Counted from the stretch's first letter, positions 41,782 to 56,011 are shown. The stretch is DNA of 64,000 nt from Octopus vulgaris (GCA_951406725.2 OX597823.1:30008001-30072000), one strand, 5' to 3'. The notes: generated by a model not told the origin, from the sequence alone. Numbers and translations: made by a program.

Positions 41782-41861
41782 GTATATGTATATGTATATA
41801 TAAGTATATATATACATATATATATACATACATATATATATACATATATATACACACACAC

Positions 41862-41892
<31 letters not shown>

Positions 41893-42959
41893 CTTACATA
41901 CATATATAATACAGACACATATATATACATATATACATACATATACACACACATATAAACATATACACATATATACATACATATGTACATGTATACATTA
42001 TATATAAATATACATATATATATGCAAATATGTACATATATATACACACATATATATATGCATATATATAAATATACATATACATACACACACGCACACA
42101 CACATACATACACATGTACCCGAATTTTTGCCTAAATCTTTTTATAACCTACGCAGATTCTTTGCAACAATAAATGTAGATGGCTGCCAAGAAAAAATGG
42201 AACAAAGACAAAATAAAACAAGAAAAAAAAAAAAGTTGTAAGGCGTAGGTGTGCATTTAACAACTTAAGCGTATCGGATACTAATGTTCTTTGATTGACG
42301 AGTAGCGATTCTGTTTTGTGCTTTCTGATGGGCGTGAGACTAGTTATTACGGCTGCTTCTTCTAATTATGATCTGTATTTCTTCTCTACCTACGAAAATG
42401 TTACGCGTTTTCTTGTTGGATATAAATGTAAAATATCTGGTAGAAGAACTGAAACTTAATACAATGTTTTTCAGCTACATATTGTATCGGATTTAGCCAG
42501 AATTCTATCAAGCCTTATCTCTTTGTCCGTTTCGTTTATTATTCGTCTTCCTTTTTATTACATATGTAGTTACGATTCAGCTAGACTTGCAAGATTACTT
42601 AGCATTCACTTCATGTTTCACTTAGAACTATAAAACCCTATCCAAACATTAGAAATGCTTTGATAATGTTTCTTGGCGACCGCATATCTATAACATAGCT
42701 AAAATTGCATTGCAAAGGTCAGGCCTTCCTTCTTTCCTGTGCCAGAAACAATTCAGTTCTCAACAGCTGCTGACTCGATACAAAGACACACGCACGTCAC
42801 ATCCCCGAGTAACTGCTTTAGAAGATCAACCCACTGCGAGGCAAACCTTCGCTCACTGACACATCACACCCACACGAGCATCGACGTGATGTATTAACCC
42901 TCTATTTCTTCTAACACAGCTTACAAACTGTGACCCCTCTATCTATCTATCTATCTATC

Positions 42960-43875
42960 TCGCCATAGCCACAAGTATGATAAAAATAGCTCTTCCTTCC
43001 CGTTTGAAGGAAGGAGGCGTGACGATATTAACGATAGACTCGGCTGATAAACCGACACGTCCCACACGTGACAGCAGTCGTTCGACATAAGCCCACAGGT
43101 CGGAGATTGTTGGACACTGCCCGAGATGCGGGCAGAGCGACGAAACCGCTCTGCACGCAATCGTGCAGTGTCCAACAATTTCCGACCTGTGGGCTTATGT
43201 CGAACGACTGCTGTCACGTGTGGGACGTGTCGGTTTATCAGCCGAGTCTATCGTTAATATCGTCACGCTTCCTTCCTTCAAACGGGAAGGAAGAGCTATT
43301 TTTATCATACTTGTGGCTATGGCGAAAGAATGTATCTGGTGGACGCGCCTAAAGGATTAGAGACAAACAATTTCCTCTCTGGTCAATCTCTCATCAACTT
43401 CTTCGCGTATCACTTGAAGAGGAAAGTGAGAGTAGAGAGGCAAGTTTTGTCTAGTGAATGTTTTAAAAAAAGATGGGTGAATGTAGCAAGGATGACACGT
43501 ATGAATGACGAAGCCACCTTGACTATGATTCTATGAACCGTAAAAATTAATACAGAGAGTTGCTTATTTGCAAAAAAAAAAAAAAGAAATATAACATGTA
43601 ACTTCATTGACCGAGGTTACCGTGCTCTTTTCCGTAGGCTTTTTTCCCACAGGTAAACCTCACCTGTCCTCCCCTTTACACTTCATATTGACATTTCTGT
43701 AATAACGATCCCTATTGATCCAATCCCCCCCCCCTTTTTTTAAATTTTATTTTATCCCCCTCTTTTTTTGTCCTCTTTCTTTCCATTTACGATCCCTTTT
43801 GAAAACCAAAAGAAAAGCTCTACCTTGTAATTTTGTCCTGTCTGTGTGCAGCCCTGTGTGGCTAATAAAGAAACA
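42960..43875 (+). mobile_element. 5'-truncated Tx1/L1-like LINE with 5' inverted duplication, within (TATC)n
   Basis: CPRCGQSDETALHAIVQC zinc knuckle at 43118, ORF end at 43536 (one frameshift), 3' UTR to aataaag. 42960-43120 is the reverse complement of 43165-43325. Confidence 0.85.
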
Positions 43876-43930
<55 letters not shown>

Positions 43931-43969
43931 ATGTCTGTCTGTCTTTCTGTCTGTCTATCTAGCTAACTA

Positions 43970-44051
<82 letters not shown>

Positions 44052-44474
44052 CATCTATCTATCTATCTATCTATCCATCCATCCATCCATCAATCTATCT
44101 ACCTACATACCTACCTACCTACCTACCTACCTACTTACCTATCTATCTATTTATCTATCCATCTACCTACCTGTATATATATATATATATATATATATAT
44201 CAATCTATCCATCCATCTATCTATTTACCTACCTATCTCTCTATCTACTTACCTATCTTATATTGTGTTTGTCGACCGGTTTCGCTTTCGTTAATCATGA
44301 CATAAAAATTTAGTTAAATACGTATTTTCTTAAGAAAAAAAATTGTCCATCATGTGTGTGGAGTTTATGAATGAATGTATTCAACAAGCAAAAAAATCTA
44401 AAGAGAGGTAATTGGTTATCGTTATTATTTTGGACAGGGGAAATAATTATTCATCTTTCGGTAGGGATGTGGAA

Positions 44475-44527
<53 letters not shown>

Positions 44528-45771
44528 TTAAAAAACTAGACTAGTTTATATATTGCTGTTGATAGTTTACATTTTGAGAATAAAAGGACAGATAAATTTA
44601 TAACCGAAATAAGAGGCCAATATCACAAGAGCGGATGCTGAGAAAATATAGCTGATTAAGAGGGTTTAATGGACTACTACAACGGAAGAACATGATTATG
44701 CAAAAAATAGCTTAGATACATGAATATGTGAGTGACGATGTAATAAGCTTCTGTTTAACACATCCCAGATGGACGCAAGTAAAACAAGAAAGTGTCGAAA
44801 TCCACCAAGGCAGGGTTTGTTTTCAGTTAGATAACCAATGTAGGAGAGATTCGTTGACTGATGGGAATGAAGTTGATGTTATTCAGGTTAAATATCTATG
44901 TCAATATCTTTAGGGGGGGGGATAACAAAAGAGGCATCTGGGGAATAAGGACTGGTGGTGGGGAGAGTGTTTCGTTTAGTATTACTGTCTTACTCTTTGC
45001 TCGTGTGAATGGAAACTTAGGAGAGACAGGTAAGTTGAGTAAACCTGGGCTGAGAGAGTTACCTGTTGATTTTAGAAATATACTTAAGGTCAGTCAATCA
45101 TTCTGGGTAATAAGCCGAATCCGTTACTCATTTCAACACCAACATCGGATGTTCGGGTGCCTTTAGGAAGTCTGTGCTCAGCTGGAAGATTCGGGTCAAT
45201 TCTCTGTTCTTACAAGAACTTCTTCGGGTCGTGCAACCAGTCACAGAAGCCTTGAAAATAATGATGGACGTCATCTTGATTCTGTTAACAAAATCATTGT
45301 TTTGTAATCCTCGATCATTATGACACCCTACAACCGAAATAATTTCATATCTTATGTAATATATGATATTGTTGGACAGTAAAGCCGGCAGAATAATTAA
45401 CATGTCCGACAAAATGCTTTGTGACGTCCTTTCATCTATTTCTTTTCCCCAGCATTTTGAGTTTTAAGCTGAAATCTACCGTGGTCAAATTTGCCTTCCA
45501 TCGTTTCAGGGCCGATGAAATAAAGTACCGATCGAGTATTGGAGTAGGTATAACCGATTTATATCTTCCCTTCAGAATTTCCGGTCTCTGCAACAAACCG
45601 ATGCCCCGTTTAGAGGAATGTCATGATCCATGGAAACTGGATGAGACATACGGCCCAAGGAAACAAAAACAAAACATATGATACAGTTCTATATTTAAGA
45701 AATGAGGAATTATGTAGATTATTTATATTATTTACATTTGACGAATATTTGTCCTCATCTTGTTTGTTGTT

Positions 45772-45817
45772 AACACAATGTTTCGGCTGATACAACCTCC
45801 AGCTTTCATCAGGTGTC
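45772..45817 (-). ncRNA. Minimal hammerhead motif, second copy of the 19301 family
   Basis: gacac-CTGATGA-aagctg...cagcc-GAAAC-att-gtgtt. Confidence 0.5.
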
Positions 45818-45861
45818 TTAGGGAAGTTTCGAACCTGGGTTCATCTCTATCTCTATTATTG

Positions 45862-45917
<56 letters not shown>

Positions 45918-46008
45918 CTCGATGTTATTATTATTGTTGTTATTATTATTATTATTATTATTATTTATCATTATCATATTATTATTATTATTATTATTAT
46001 TATTATCA

Positions 46009-46042
<34 letters not shown>

Positions 46043-46074
<32 letters not shown>

Positions 46075-46290
46075 TATGTCTGTGTTTGTCCCCACCGACA
46101 TCGCTTGACAACCGATGCTGGTGTGTTTACGTCCCCGTAACTTAGCGGTTCGGCAAAAGATACTGATACAATAAGTACTAGGCTTACAAAGGATAAGCTC
46201 TGGAGCCGATTTGCTCGACTGAAGGCGGTGCTCCAGCATGGCCGCAGTCAAATGACTGAAACAAGTAAAAGAGTAAAAGAGAAAGAGTAA
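46043..46290 (+). mobile_element. SINE family B, 3' half
   Basis: cgcttgacaaccgatgctggtgtg...gactgaaacaagtaaaagag. Confidence 0.85.
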
Positions 46291-46843
46291 GTGGCCTTCG
46301 CAAATGATGTATATATATATAGGGCGACTCTTAGAAATATTTTCAAACTGAAAGCAATTTATCCTCTGGAATTATCAAATTTTCGCCTGGAATTATCAAT
46401 TCCACCTCCCGCCCAAGAAAGTCTCGATGTACCAGACTGGAGTGGTATTATGAAACCTTTTCTCTTTCGTTCAAGTTGTCGTTTTTCAGTTTTAGTTTCT
46501 CTGTCTGAAAGGGAGATTTTTCGAGTGGGGTCGAAGTTTATCTTTCCTTATATCATTGTCTTTCTATGATATTTTCATTATTTTTCTTTTTCGCAAATCC
46601 ACATAAAAACTGATTTTCCCGCGTATCTTTTGTTACTGCTTTATTTCTATAGTTATATTGTTTAGACTCTGTTTGATCTCCTGGGAATGAATATACAACA
46701 TAAATTACAATGCCTCGCTGAGGTCAACCTTGCTGTTATTCCTTCACCCACACCACGGGATCGATTACAATATTATCACATTGCTTGTAGATTCAATCGA
46801 CAATACGCCCACCTAATTTCTCTGAGTGATATGTGTGTGTATT

Positions 46844-46936
<93 letters not shown>

Positions 46937-47383
46937 GCTCGTGGCATTGTTAGAGATTTTGTGCGTATGTATTTGTGAGTGTGTGCTTGGGCGTGTATCT
47001 GAGGGTACCCACGCGTGCGTCGAGGTACATGAGCGGATGGCTGTGTTCGCAAATATACAATACACAGAACCTCAATTTCTACACGCACACACACACATAA
47101 TTGTGCGTATAAGTCCATGAGTATGTGTGTGCATGTATGTGCGTTCGCGCGGGTAAATTTAGGGTCTGTATTCTCTATTGTTAGGACAATCAAACGTTCA
47201 AAACTTTTGTCCACTTATATCATTTTTTTTCTTTTCACTAATATAGTTTAGTATTCTGCAATGCTGTTACTACCCTTATCCCTTGTAGCAAACATATACA
47301 CATACAATCACACACACAAACAAGCACAAGATATCTATATCAAATTTATCTATATATTTATATATATATACATACATATACAT

Positions 47384-47553
<170 letters not shown>

Positions 47554-47816
47554 GTATATACAGCTAAATTCCTCTATTTACATATTATCGAGGTCTCATT
47601 CATTCTTTTGTTGTCTTACCATTACTATTAATATGGATTTATTTATTTATTTATTTATTTATTTATATTTATAGCGGAAGCACAGTGGATTTGTTCGCGG
47701 TCGTAGGATCGCGGTTTCGATTCCCAGACCGGGCGTTGTGAGTGTTTATTAGGCGAAAACACCTAAAAGCTCTACGAGCATACATTCATACATACACATA
47801 TAAAGTGACGAGAGAC

Positions 47817-47867
<51 letters not shown>

Positions 47868-48059
47868 TTATTCTATTTTCTGTTGAACTAACAAGACTAA
47901 TATTGTGTTAAGTTAGTGTAACTTAAACATTAAACATTAAACAATATTAATGTCTTGTTGACAGAAACTTGATATCATTGCTGCTATTATTGTTGTACAC
48001 TACTACAGTTTCGAAGCAGCAGCAGCAGTAGCAGTAGCAGTAGCAGTAGCAGTAGCAGC

Positions 48060-48114
<55 letters not shown>

Positions 48115-48362
48115 ACGATTGTGTAAAAGTACTCATTCGATTTTGTATGTCGAATGGAAAGGAAGCTGGTATGTACGTTTGAGATTGAGAGGGAGCCTGA
48201 TCGTAGGTGGTATACACCCTGTTATCGTAGAGGAGCAGACACTGTTGTGGTATCGGGAGATGGAGTCAGAGAGGATGTAGCATATAGGTTGTTACTGAGG
48301 GGGGGATTAAATTCAGGATCTTCTGCTTATAGCCCAGGGCTAAGAAATGCCTTTTATATATA

Positions 48363-49226
48363 CATGGTCTGATCAATAAGTATACGGACTATCGCTATAG
48401 TAACGAAGCTAAAGCACGTAGAGCGAAGCCGCTTGGCATAGATTGACTCTGGACTGTGCTGTGTATGCGCATTAAGTTTTAATGTTCTAGCTCCCTTCCG
48501 CTGTTTACAGCAGTGCTTGGAAGGAAGGTATGTAGCGTGTGATCGTTGCATTGACCATGGCAGAGAAATTTGTCATTGCAGAGAGTGTATGGAGAAGAGT
48601 GTATGAGCCACACACAAGTGTACGAGTGGTTCAGACGTTTCCAAGATGGTAGAAAAAATGTCAATATTGGACGAACGTTCTGGGAGGCTTGCAACCTGCA
48701 GAACTGAGAAAGACATCGCAGTTGTGCGTGCAGTTGTGAGGGGAAAACGTCGAATCCTCATCCGTGAGTTATCAAAGATGTGCAGATTAGTTACGGTTCA
48801 GTTACGGCCATTATCACTGACGATTTGGGTATGAGACACGCGTCTGCCAAGTTTGTGCTAAAACTGCTTTCAGCAGACCAAAAAGACACTTGGGTTTCAG
48901 TTGCACAAGTTCTCCTTGATTGTGTCGAGAACGATGGAAACATTTTGAAAACTTTGCATAGGCCTCTGAACAGGTACCACCAAGCCTTTAGCAAAAGTTT
49001 GACGCAGATTCTCTGCTCAACGTTCTGTATCATGGTCAATGCGACGATCACACGCTACACACCTTCCTTCTGAGCATTGTTGTAAGCAGAGGAAGTGAGC
49101 TATGACGTTAAAACTTAGTATGTATGCACAACAGAGGTTAAGTCACTCTGTGCCAAGCGACCTCACTCTGCGTGCCTTAGCCTCGATGTTATGGCAACAG
49201 TCCGGATACTTATTGATCAGACCACG
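48363..49226. mobile_element. Non-autonomous mariner derivative built from two inverted 5' ends
   Basis: TA|catggtctgatcaataagtatacggact...agtccggatacttattgatcagaccacg|TA. Plus strand has LQRVYGEECMSHTQVYEWFRRF and LGMRHASAKFVLKLL; minus strand has MIQNVEQRICVK. Confidence 0.9.
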
Positions 49227-49563
49227 TATCTATAAAAGGAATTTATAGGAATTTATAGATCTATAGGTGAAGATAATTGCCCAGGATGTCACGCAATGGG
49301 ACTGAGCGTGGAGTCAGGTGGTAGCAAAGCAAGCTTCTTAACACGGCAGCTGTAAAAGGTTTCTCGTATTTTCTCTTATTCTGTCACCCTGTTTTAGCTT
49401 GTTATGTCATATGGGCAGAGCCCGAGGATTGCATGAAGGCACCAGATATGTTATAAGACGCTGCCTGGGTTGCTTTCATCGCATGAAACTATTAGTAGCT
49501 CATAAAAATATATACTATGTTTATTAAATTATACACACAAACACACACACATTATTGTGGCAG

Positions 49564-49785
49564 GGGAGAGTCATTCTGTTTTAATGCCTTATCAATTAAC
49601 ACACTCACTGGTTCAATTTCTACTCATTTACTTATCTATTTATTTTTCTTCCAAATTTTTCGTTGCTTCTTATAACCCCTTCAATAGTTGTTGGCTCTGT
49701 CCGTTATCGGAGCTGTAAAAAGAAAAATGGAAAAAAGAAAAAAGAACGCAGCTCTGATAACGGAGAGTGTCAACAAGTAGTGAAG

Positions 49786-49816
<31 letters not shown>

Positions 49817-49885
49817 GCGAATGAGTGGAAATTGAACCGGTGAGTATGTTAATTAACAAGGCATTAAAAGAGAATGACTCTCTCC
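49564..49885. mobile_element. Fold-back element with very degenerate hammerhead-like core
   Basis: ggagagtcattct...aatgcctt...ggttcaatttc versus gaaattgaacc...aaggcatt...agaatgactctc; inner arms ccgttatcggagctg / cagctctgataacgg. Confidence 0.6.
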
Positions 49886-50098
49886 AGACACAACAAAATA
49901 TGCTTCAACACATGAATACACATAAAGAATCTTGCAAACCAAATTCAAAAATATATATATATATATATATATAAAAGAAGCCTTCTTTTTTCTGTTGAGG
50001 GCTTATATGCTCCTTTGTTTGACTATTTTCTTTAGTCATTGCACGGTGATCGCTATAAGCTTTATGCTTAAATGAAAATACCATTATTGTTATTTACA

Positions 50099-50191
<93 letters not shown>

Positions 50192-50304
50192 ATAGATTTA
50201 CCTTTACATCATCAGTTACTCCTCATATAGTGTTGCTTCAGACATTGCACGCTACAAGAGATGAAAACACACACACATACATACCTTCCAACTCCATATC
50301 CCAG

Positions 50305-50720
50305 CATGTAACTTCTACATTTTTACCAAATATCCATTGGGAGGATTCACCCACTCAAAAGTTGTAGTCTACAGAGACATCTTTACACCATCAAATGGCA
50401 TCACATGACACTACATAGGCATAACAGTCAATGATTTTAAGGGAAGCTATACACAGCTCATGCTCTCCTTCAGGTACAAAGACAGGGGAAAATCCACCTC
50501 CTATCGGTCCATCTGGAGATTCCATGATCCTCTAAATGATCTCCCCAGCATCAAAAGGAGTGTCATTGTCAGAGCACATCCATACTCACCTGCAACTCAC
50601 AGTTGTCGACTATGTCTCCCAGGGAGACTTCACATACTTCAGCAATCTGTAGTATCCATCAACAGAAAGAAAGAGCCCTTTTATTGTTACCACCTAAGGT
50701 ATGTCATTTTAATGAAGTTT
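50305..50720 (+). pseudogene. Second, distinct Penelope-like GIY-YIG C-terminal remnant
   Basis: PLGG...VVY...YIGITVNDFKGSY...SFR...IW...AHPYSPATHSCRLCL...INRKKE...CYH matches the YIG..FK.R...C.LCL.EK...LN.R.E...C.H pattern; contains stops. Confidence 0.7.
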
Positions 50721-51445
50721 AAGCCATTGGGATCTGACAATACATATATACTACTCTAGGCCTAGCCGTCCCTCAACAAGGGTAGGTTATTTAATCCGTG
50801 CTGCCTATATTTACATTACAGCCTAGTCATGCTGGCCGTCCAACCTCAATAGTAACCCAATATCATAAAATTCGGTTTATCCCAAGTAAAGTTTGTTTAC
50901 ACTAATGTATTAACGACTAAAGGACAACTGAGCTACGTACTCGCACCAGCATGCCACTCTACTACGTGCCGTACCCAATACATGGGACTAATGTCACTTG
51001 TTTATAATATCCTGCAACATGCCGCCAAAGTGCCACCAACACCGTGTCAACATCCTGTTAGAACATGTGGGCTTGAAAAATATAAAAATAAGAAAATAAC
51101 TGGTGTCGTTTTCACAGCGTTAATACCACGTCACTTGACGTAACTACGCTTCGTACAACAGGAGCCATCTTGAATTCGTTTTAAATATCTCACTCTTCTC
51201 CGCGTATCTGACGAGATGGACGCGTTCTACGCGCCAACAAAACTGTAGGGCCAAATGGGGCTGAGTCAAACTGTAACTCCAACTAAATATATTCAGTGAC
51301 ATTTTCTTTCGTTCGTCCACTCACTCGCGCGCGCGCGCGCGTGTGTATGTGTGTGTGTGCGTGTGTGTATGTGTGTGTGTGCGTGTGTGTGCGCGTATGA
51401 ATAAATATATATATATATATACATATACATGAATGAGTGTGTGTA

Positions 51446-51485
<40 letters not shown>

Positions 51486-51562
51486 CTTGTGTATGTATTA
51501 TCACAAGCTCTTTGTGGAAAATGAATTAAAGAATATTATTCTTGTTGTTGTTGTTACCATCA

Positions 51563-51593
<31 letters not shown>

Positions 51594-51941
51594 GCAAAGA
51601 GAAACTGAACTAAATAAGAAAGTGTCTCTTGATAGATGTTTGGATATTCCAGTAGACAACATCTGGGGAAAGTTATTCAAATAGAAATATCCGGTAATAG
51701 AAAATTTTAAAACTATGCGCACCCAGACACATACACATACTCGCAGACACACACGCGTACACGCGTGCAATAAATAGATGGCATAATATAGCAATAGGTG
51801 AGCTGGCTTGTTGGATAAAGATGCAGACACATATAATCAACATGTCAAGAAAAATAATCTCTCACCCCCGCCACGCACACACACAACATTCACATAGATG
51901 CATGCTCATATACATATATACATATACATACCTATATCTAT

Positions 51942-52015
<74 letters not shown>

Positions 52016-52133
52016 AGGTGAAACGGGGGAGGTGAGAAAGTCTTTTACGTTTCGAGTCTACGCTCTTCAACAGGAAAAGAACACGAGGGAATAAACAGAG
52101 AGAGAATAAAAAATTTGGAGAGTTAGCAGTCAA

Positions 52134-52216
<83 letters not shown>

Positions 52217-52283
52217 CATACTCACACACACACACATACGGCTTATAAAAAATAAACAAATTTTATACACAAGGGAGTTTCCC

Positions 52284-52339
52284 TCTCTGACTGGATGAAA
52301 CCAGCTAGTCTCTAGGTTTTATGTACCTTCATCAGAGAA
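52284..52339 (-). ncRNA. Degenerate type I hammerhead motif
   Basis: ttct-CTGATGA-aggt-acataaa-acct-a-GAGAC(for GAAAC)-t...a-GTC-agag. Confidence 0.45.
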
Positions 52340-53088
52340 AGTAGTTTTATCTTCTTTCCACGAAGAGACTAATTGCTTATAGTTAGTTGTAATTGTTTGC
52401 AAATGCGAACTAAATTGTATATTAGTTAATTTTATAAAAACCGACATACCTTGATTTTCAGACTATTCAAAACTATCTATCTTGTGCACAGTTGATTAAC
52501 TGATTTAATCACTTCTAATTGCCAGCGCAAGGACTGTTATAGAAATACTCTACTTTTCGAAATTCCTGCTTAGTTTCTGCATACATCGAAACAGATCGCT
52601 TATAGATTCTTCTGATCCGCTTCGGACATTCCTGTTCAGTAATTTGATGTCTCCGTTGTGTTGTCTGCATCATTGAAACTAATATGGGTAGTGGGCGAGG
52701 TTCAGTTTTATACTCTGAAACCCGAAACGCCTCTTCGTACAACATGTAGTCGTCGTTCGAATGAGCTGAAATGCATGGATAGGCCAGAACCGCATTGTGC
52801 AATTTACTTGATGTCCATAGTTAAGATGTTGCACTCGAGATTGCGAGATCGTGGGTTCGATTCCCAGACCGGGCGTTGTGTTGTGTTCTTGAGCAAAGCA
52901 CTTCATTCATTGTTGCTCTGCGATCATTTCGGCATCTGACATGTGGCACCTGTACAGGCAGTGTCGATTTGATGGAGGAGTGAGATTATGTCTACATAAA
53001 CATTTGATCACTATAAACAGATCATCTGTGTGTTTGTTCAGTAAGAAATTGTCAAACCCTCATACATCGTCTAACAATGGGAGAGTCC

Positions 53089-53149
<61 letters not shown>

Positions 53150-53157
<8 letters not shown>

Positions 53158-53527
53158 CAGAGAAGAATACAGTGTACGTTCAAACACAAAAGAGATAGCC
53201 GGAGAATAGGATATCTGACTCGCTAGAAAGAGCAGTTAAAACTCCAAGACACCAATTGTTGTAATTCCGAAAGTGACTGAAAAATAAAAACGTTTGCCTC
53301 AATCACTTTCGGAATTACAACAATTGGTGGCTTGGAGTTTTAACTGCTCTGTCTAGCGAGTCAGATATCCTATTCTTCGGCTATCTCTTTTGTGTTTGAA
53401 CGTACACTGTATTCTTCTCTGAATAATATATAGTCCATTGACTAATTTTTTCTTTCTCGCTAGACCACTGGTAACTAAGAATTTTTCAATGAATATTCTT
53501 GTTACCCTAAGATTTTAATTAATGATA

Positions 53528-53530
<3 letters not shown>
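53150..53530 (+). mobile_element. Fold-back element in (TA)n, related to 6370-7115
   Basis: Arms ~53150-53280 and 53299-53432. Tail tagtccattgactaattttttctttctcgctagaccactggt...gttaccct...attaatgat resembles 7053-7092 and 6648-6683. Confidence 0.8.
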
Positions 53531-53560
<30 letters not shown>

Positions 53561-53599
53561 TATATGGTGGTTTTCTATTCCTTATGCAGAGTTTGACCA

Positions 53600-54180
53600 T
53601 CTCCTGTACCTACACCTTAGCACCATCATGGCATCTGCTGTGGCTTTTTTAAACCAGACAATGTTCTGAAAAGACACCCACATAGATTGCACCTCCGATT
53701 TGGACCACCAAGTGTTGCAGATAAGTTCTGTTCTTTGTGGAACTTAAAATGTCTCTTGAGGCCTCCGCTGGATTTTTAAACCTTCTGGCATACACTGCAT
53801 TGAAATGTGTGCACAGACATAGGCAGAATAGTTGGTGGAGGCTCGTCTTCCACGCATTCGCAGATGAGATTTGAGGCCAGCAAAAGACAGGCATGGTCTG
53901 TCACAGACTGTGCGCACAAGACGGTCATTGTCATTCACCTTCTCGATCGTTACATTCTTCCTTAGATCTCTTTTGAGTCTTACTTGTATTATCCTGGTCT
54001 CTTCAATGCTTTCACTTCAATTCGATCCGAAGCAAGGGTTTCTATATCTTCTGGACTTCATAGTACTCCTTATGCCGTCCTTAAACCATCTTTTAGGTTT
54101 ACGCCGTTAGCGTTTCCCCTCTGCAAGCTCACCACAAAACATCTGCCATTCGAACAATATGGCCACCCCATCTCAATTGG
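53600..54180 (-). pseudogene. RTE-like LINE 3' remnant
   Basis: GERQRRKPKRWFKDGIRSTMK and zinc-finger-like CDRPCLSFAGLKSHLR; many disruptions. Confidence 0.55.
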
Positions 54181-54360
54181 TTCCTCAAAATCATAGAAAA
54201 TGATGAGGTTGATTTTGCTTTTCATCCTTTCGGGGTCGATAAAATAAGTACCAGTTGGGTACTGGAGACGATGTTATTTACTACCCCCACCCCTAAAATT
54301 TCAGAAAGCATGAAAGGATTATTATTATTATTTTTATTATTATTATTATTATTATTATAA

Positions 54361-54468
<108 letters not shown>

Positions 54469-54644
54469 TATCGTTTTACTTCTCAGAACGTTCAGTCTTG
54501 TTTTTTCTGATATATTCTGAGAGCAGACAGCAGCCTGGTGTCAGAGGTCTCACAGGATCTCTTCCCGTGTTGTTATTATTATTATTATCATCATCATCAT
54601 CATCATCATCATCATTATTATTATTATCATTATTATTATTATTT

Positions 54645-54915
54645 TGAGTGAGAGAGCAATGCATGCCATCAAAGTGACACAGGAGTAAATTATACGAAGC
54701 CCAGTATAGCCATCATATTTACCCGTCTGATAAGGGTACACCAGGCACATGCATCACAACCATATGTGCGCGACATGATGATCTCATATCAAGATAAACA
54801 GCACATGACCTGGTGAACTTGCTCAAGAACACAACACGCAGCCAGGTCTGGGATTCGAACTCACAACCTCACGATCATAAGCGCAACGCTCTAACCACTG
54901 AGCCATGCGCCTTCC
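54645..54915 (-). mobile_element. tRNA-derived SINE (further family) with (TAA)n tail
   Basis: Minus-strand head ggcgcatggctcagtggttagagcg...gagttcgaatccc. Confidence 0.7.
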
Positions 54916-55011
54916 ACCCCCCCATACACATATATAGATATACACATATGTGCATCTGTGTGTGTGTGTGCATTTATACACAACACGCTCATATAAATAT
55001 ATGCATCATAA

Positions 55012-55065
<54 letters not shown>

Positions 55066-55659
55066 TATATATATATGTGTAAAGTCATATTTAACATGTT
55101 CGAATGCACTCGGACGTGGAGAGACTTTTTACTGCAGAAATAATATCCGAAGAAAATTCTCCTCTCAGACGACATATGTATAAACACTCTGAAATGTCAA
55201 TGACTTCATTGGATCATAGGACACATGCGTATCTTTGTCCTGTCGCATCCTCGGTTATGAACACTATGTATATTGATCATAGGTTTGTTTATTTTTTCAG
55301 GACTAACATGGGACCTAAACAGCTAACAAGAACTTCAACGAAATGCTTACCAGTTATATACTGGATCGTTTTCTCCGGCAAAGTCACCTCTCTTGAAAAA
55401 TGTATGGTTTCGTGCCAAATTTGCAAAATTTTTATTTCGGTATGTAAGTAGAAATTTATTCATAATTAAACACTCACCTCACAGTAATCTAACCGAAAAA
55501 GGAGCTACTCTCTGTGTTAGAAGAAATCTAGGTATCTTAACACCCTTATCCTGTTCACCTGGTTCCAATAAATTTCTAGGTAGTTCTAAAGTGTCACACT
55601 TCTGGGGAGAAATGGGGAGAAAGGGAGAGTGCGCGCGCAAGCTCATGTGTGTGTTTGTC

Positions 55660-55690
<31 letters not shown>

Positions 55691-55864
55691 GAAGAGAAAG
55701 AAAGAGAAACCGAAAGATATGATATACACACACACACACACACACAAACATTCATGCGTATAATATACATTCATATGTATACAGACGTATAAATAAATAA
55801 ATATATATACCTGTGTATATATAGAATGTGTAACAACATCTGATGGTCTGGTCGGTCACGTGAT

Positions 55865-55904
<40 letters not shown>

Positions 55905-55915
55905 CCTACGCTCTT

Positions 55916-55978
<63 letters not shown>

Positions 55979-56011
55979 TTGAGGCACCAAGTCAGTCCGG
56001 TATAATATGTA

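Noticed and set aside
51120-51340. Promoter-like motifs (tgacgtaa, gccatcttg, CpG run)
   Set aside because: Short motifs expected by chance; no linked gene identified.
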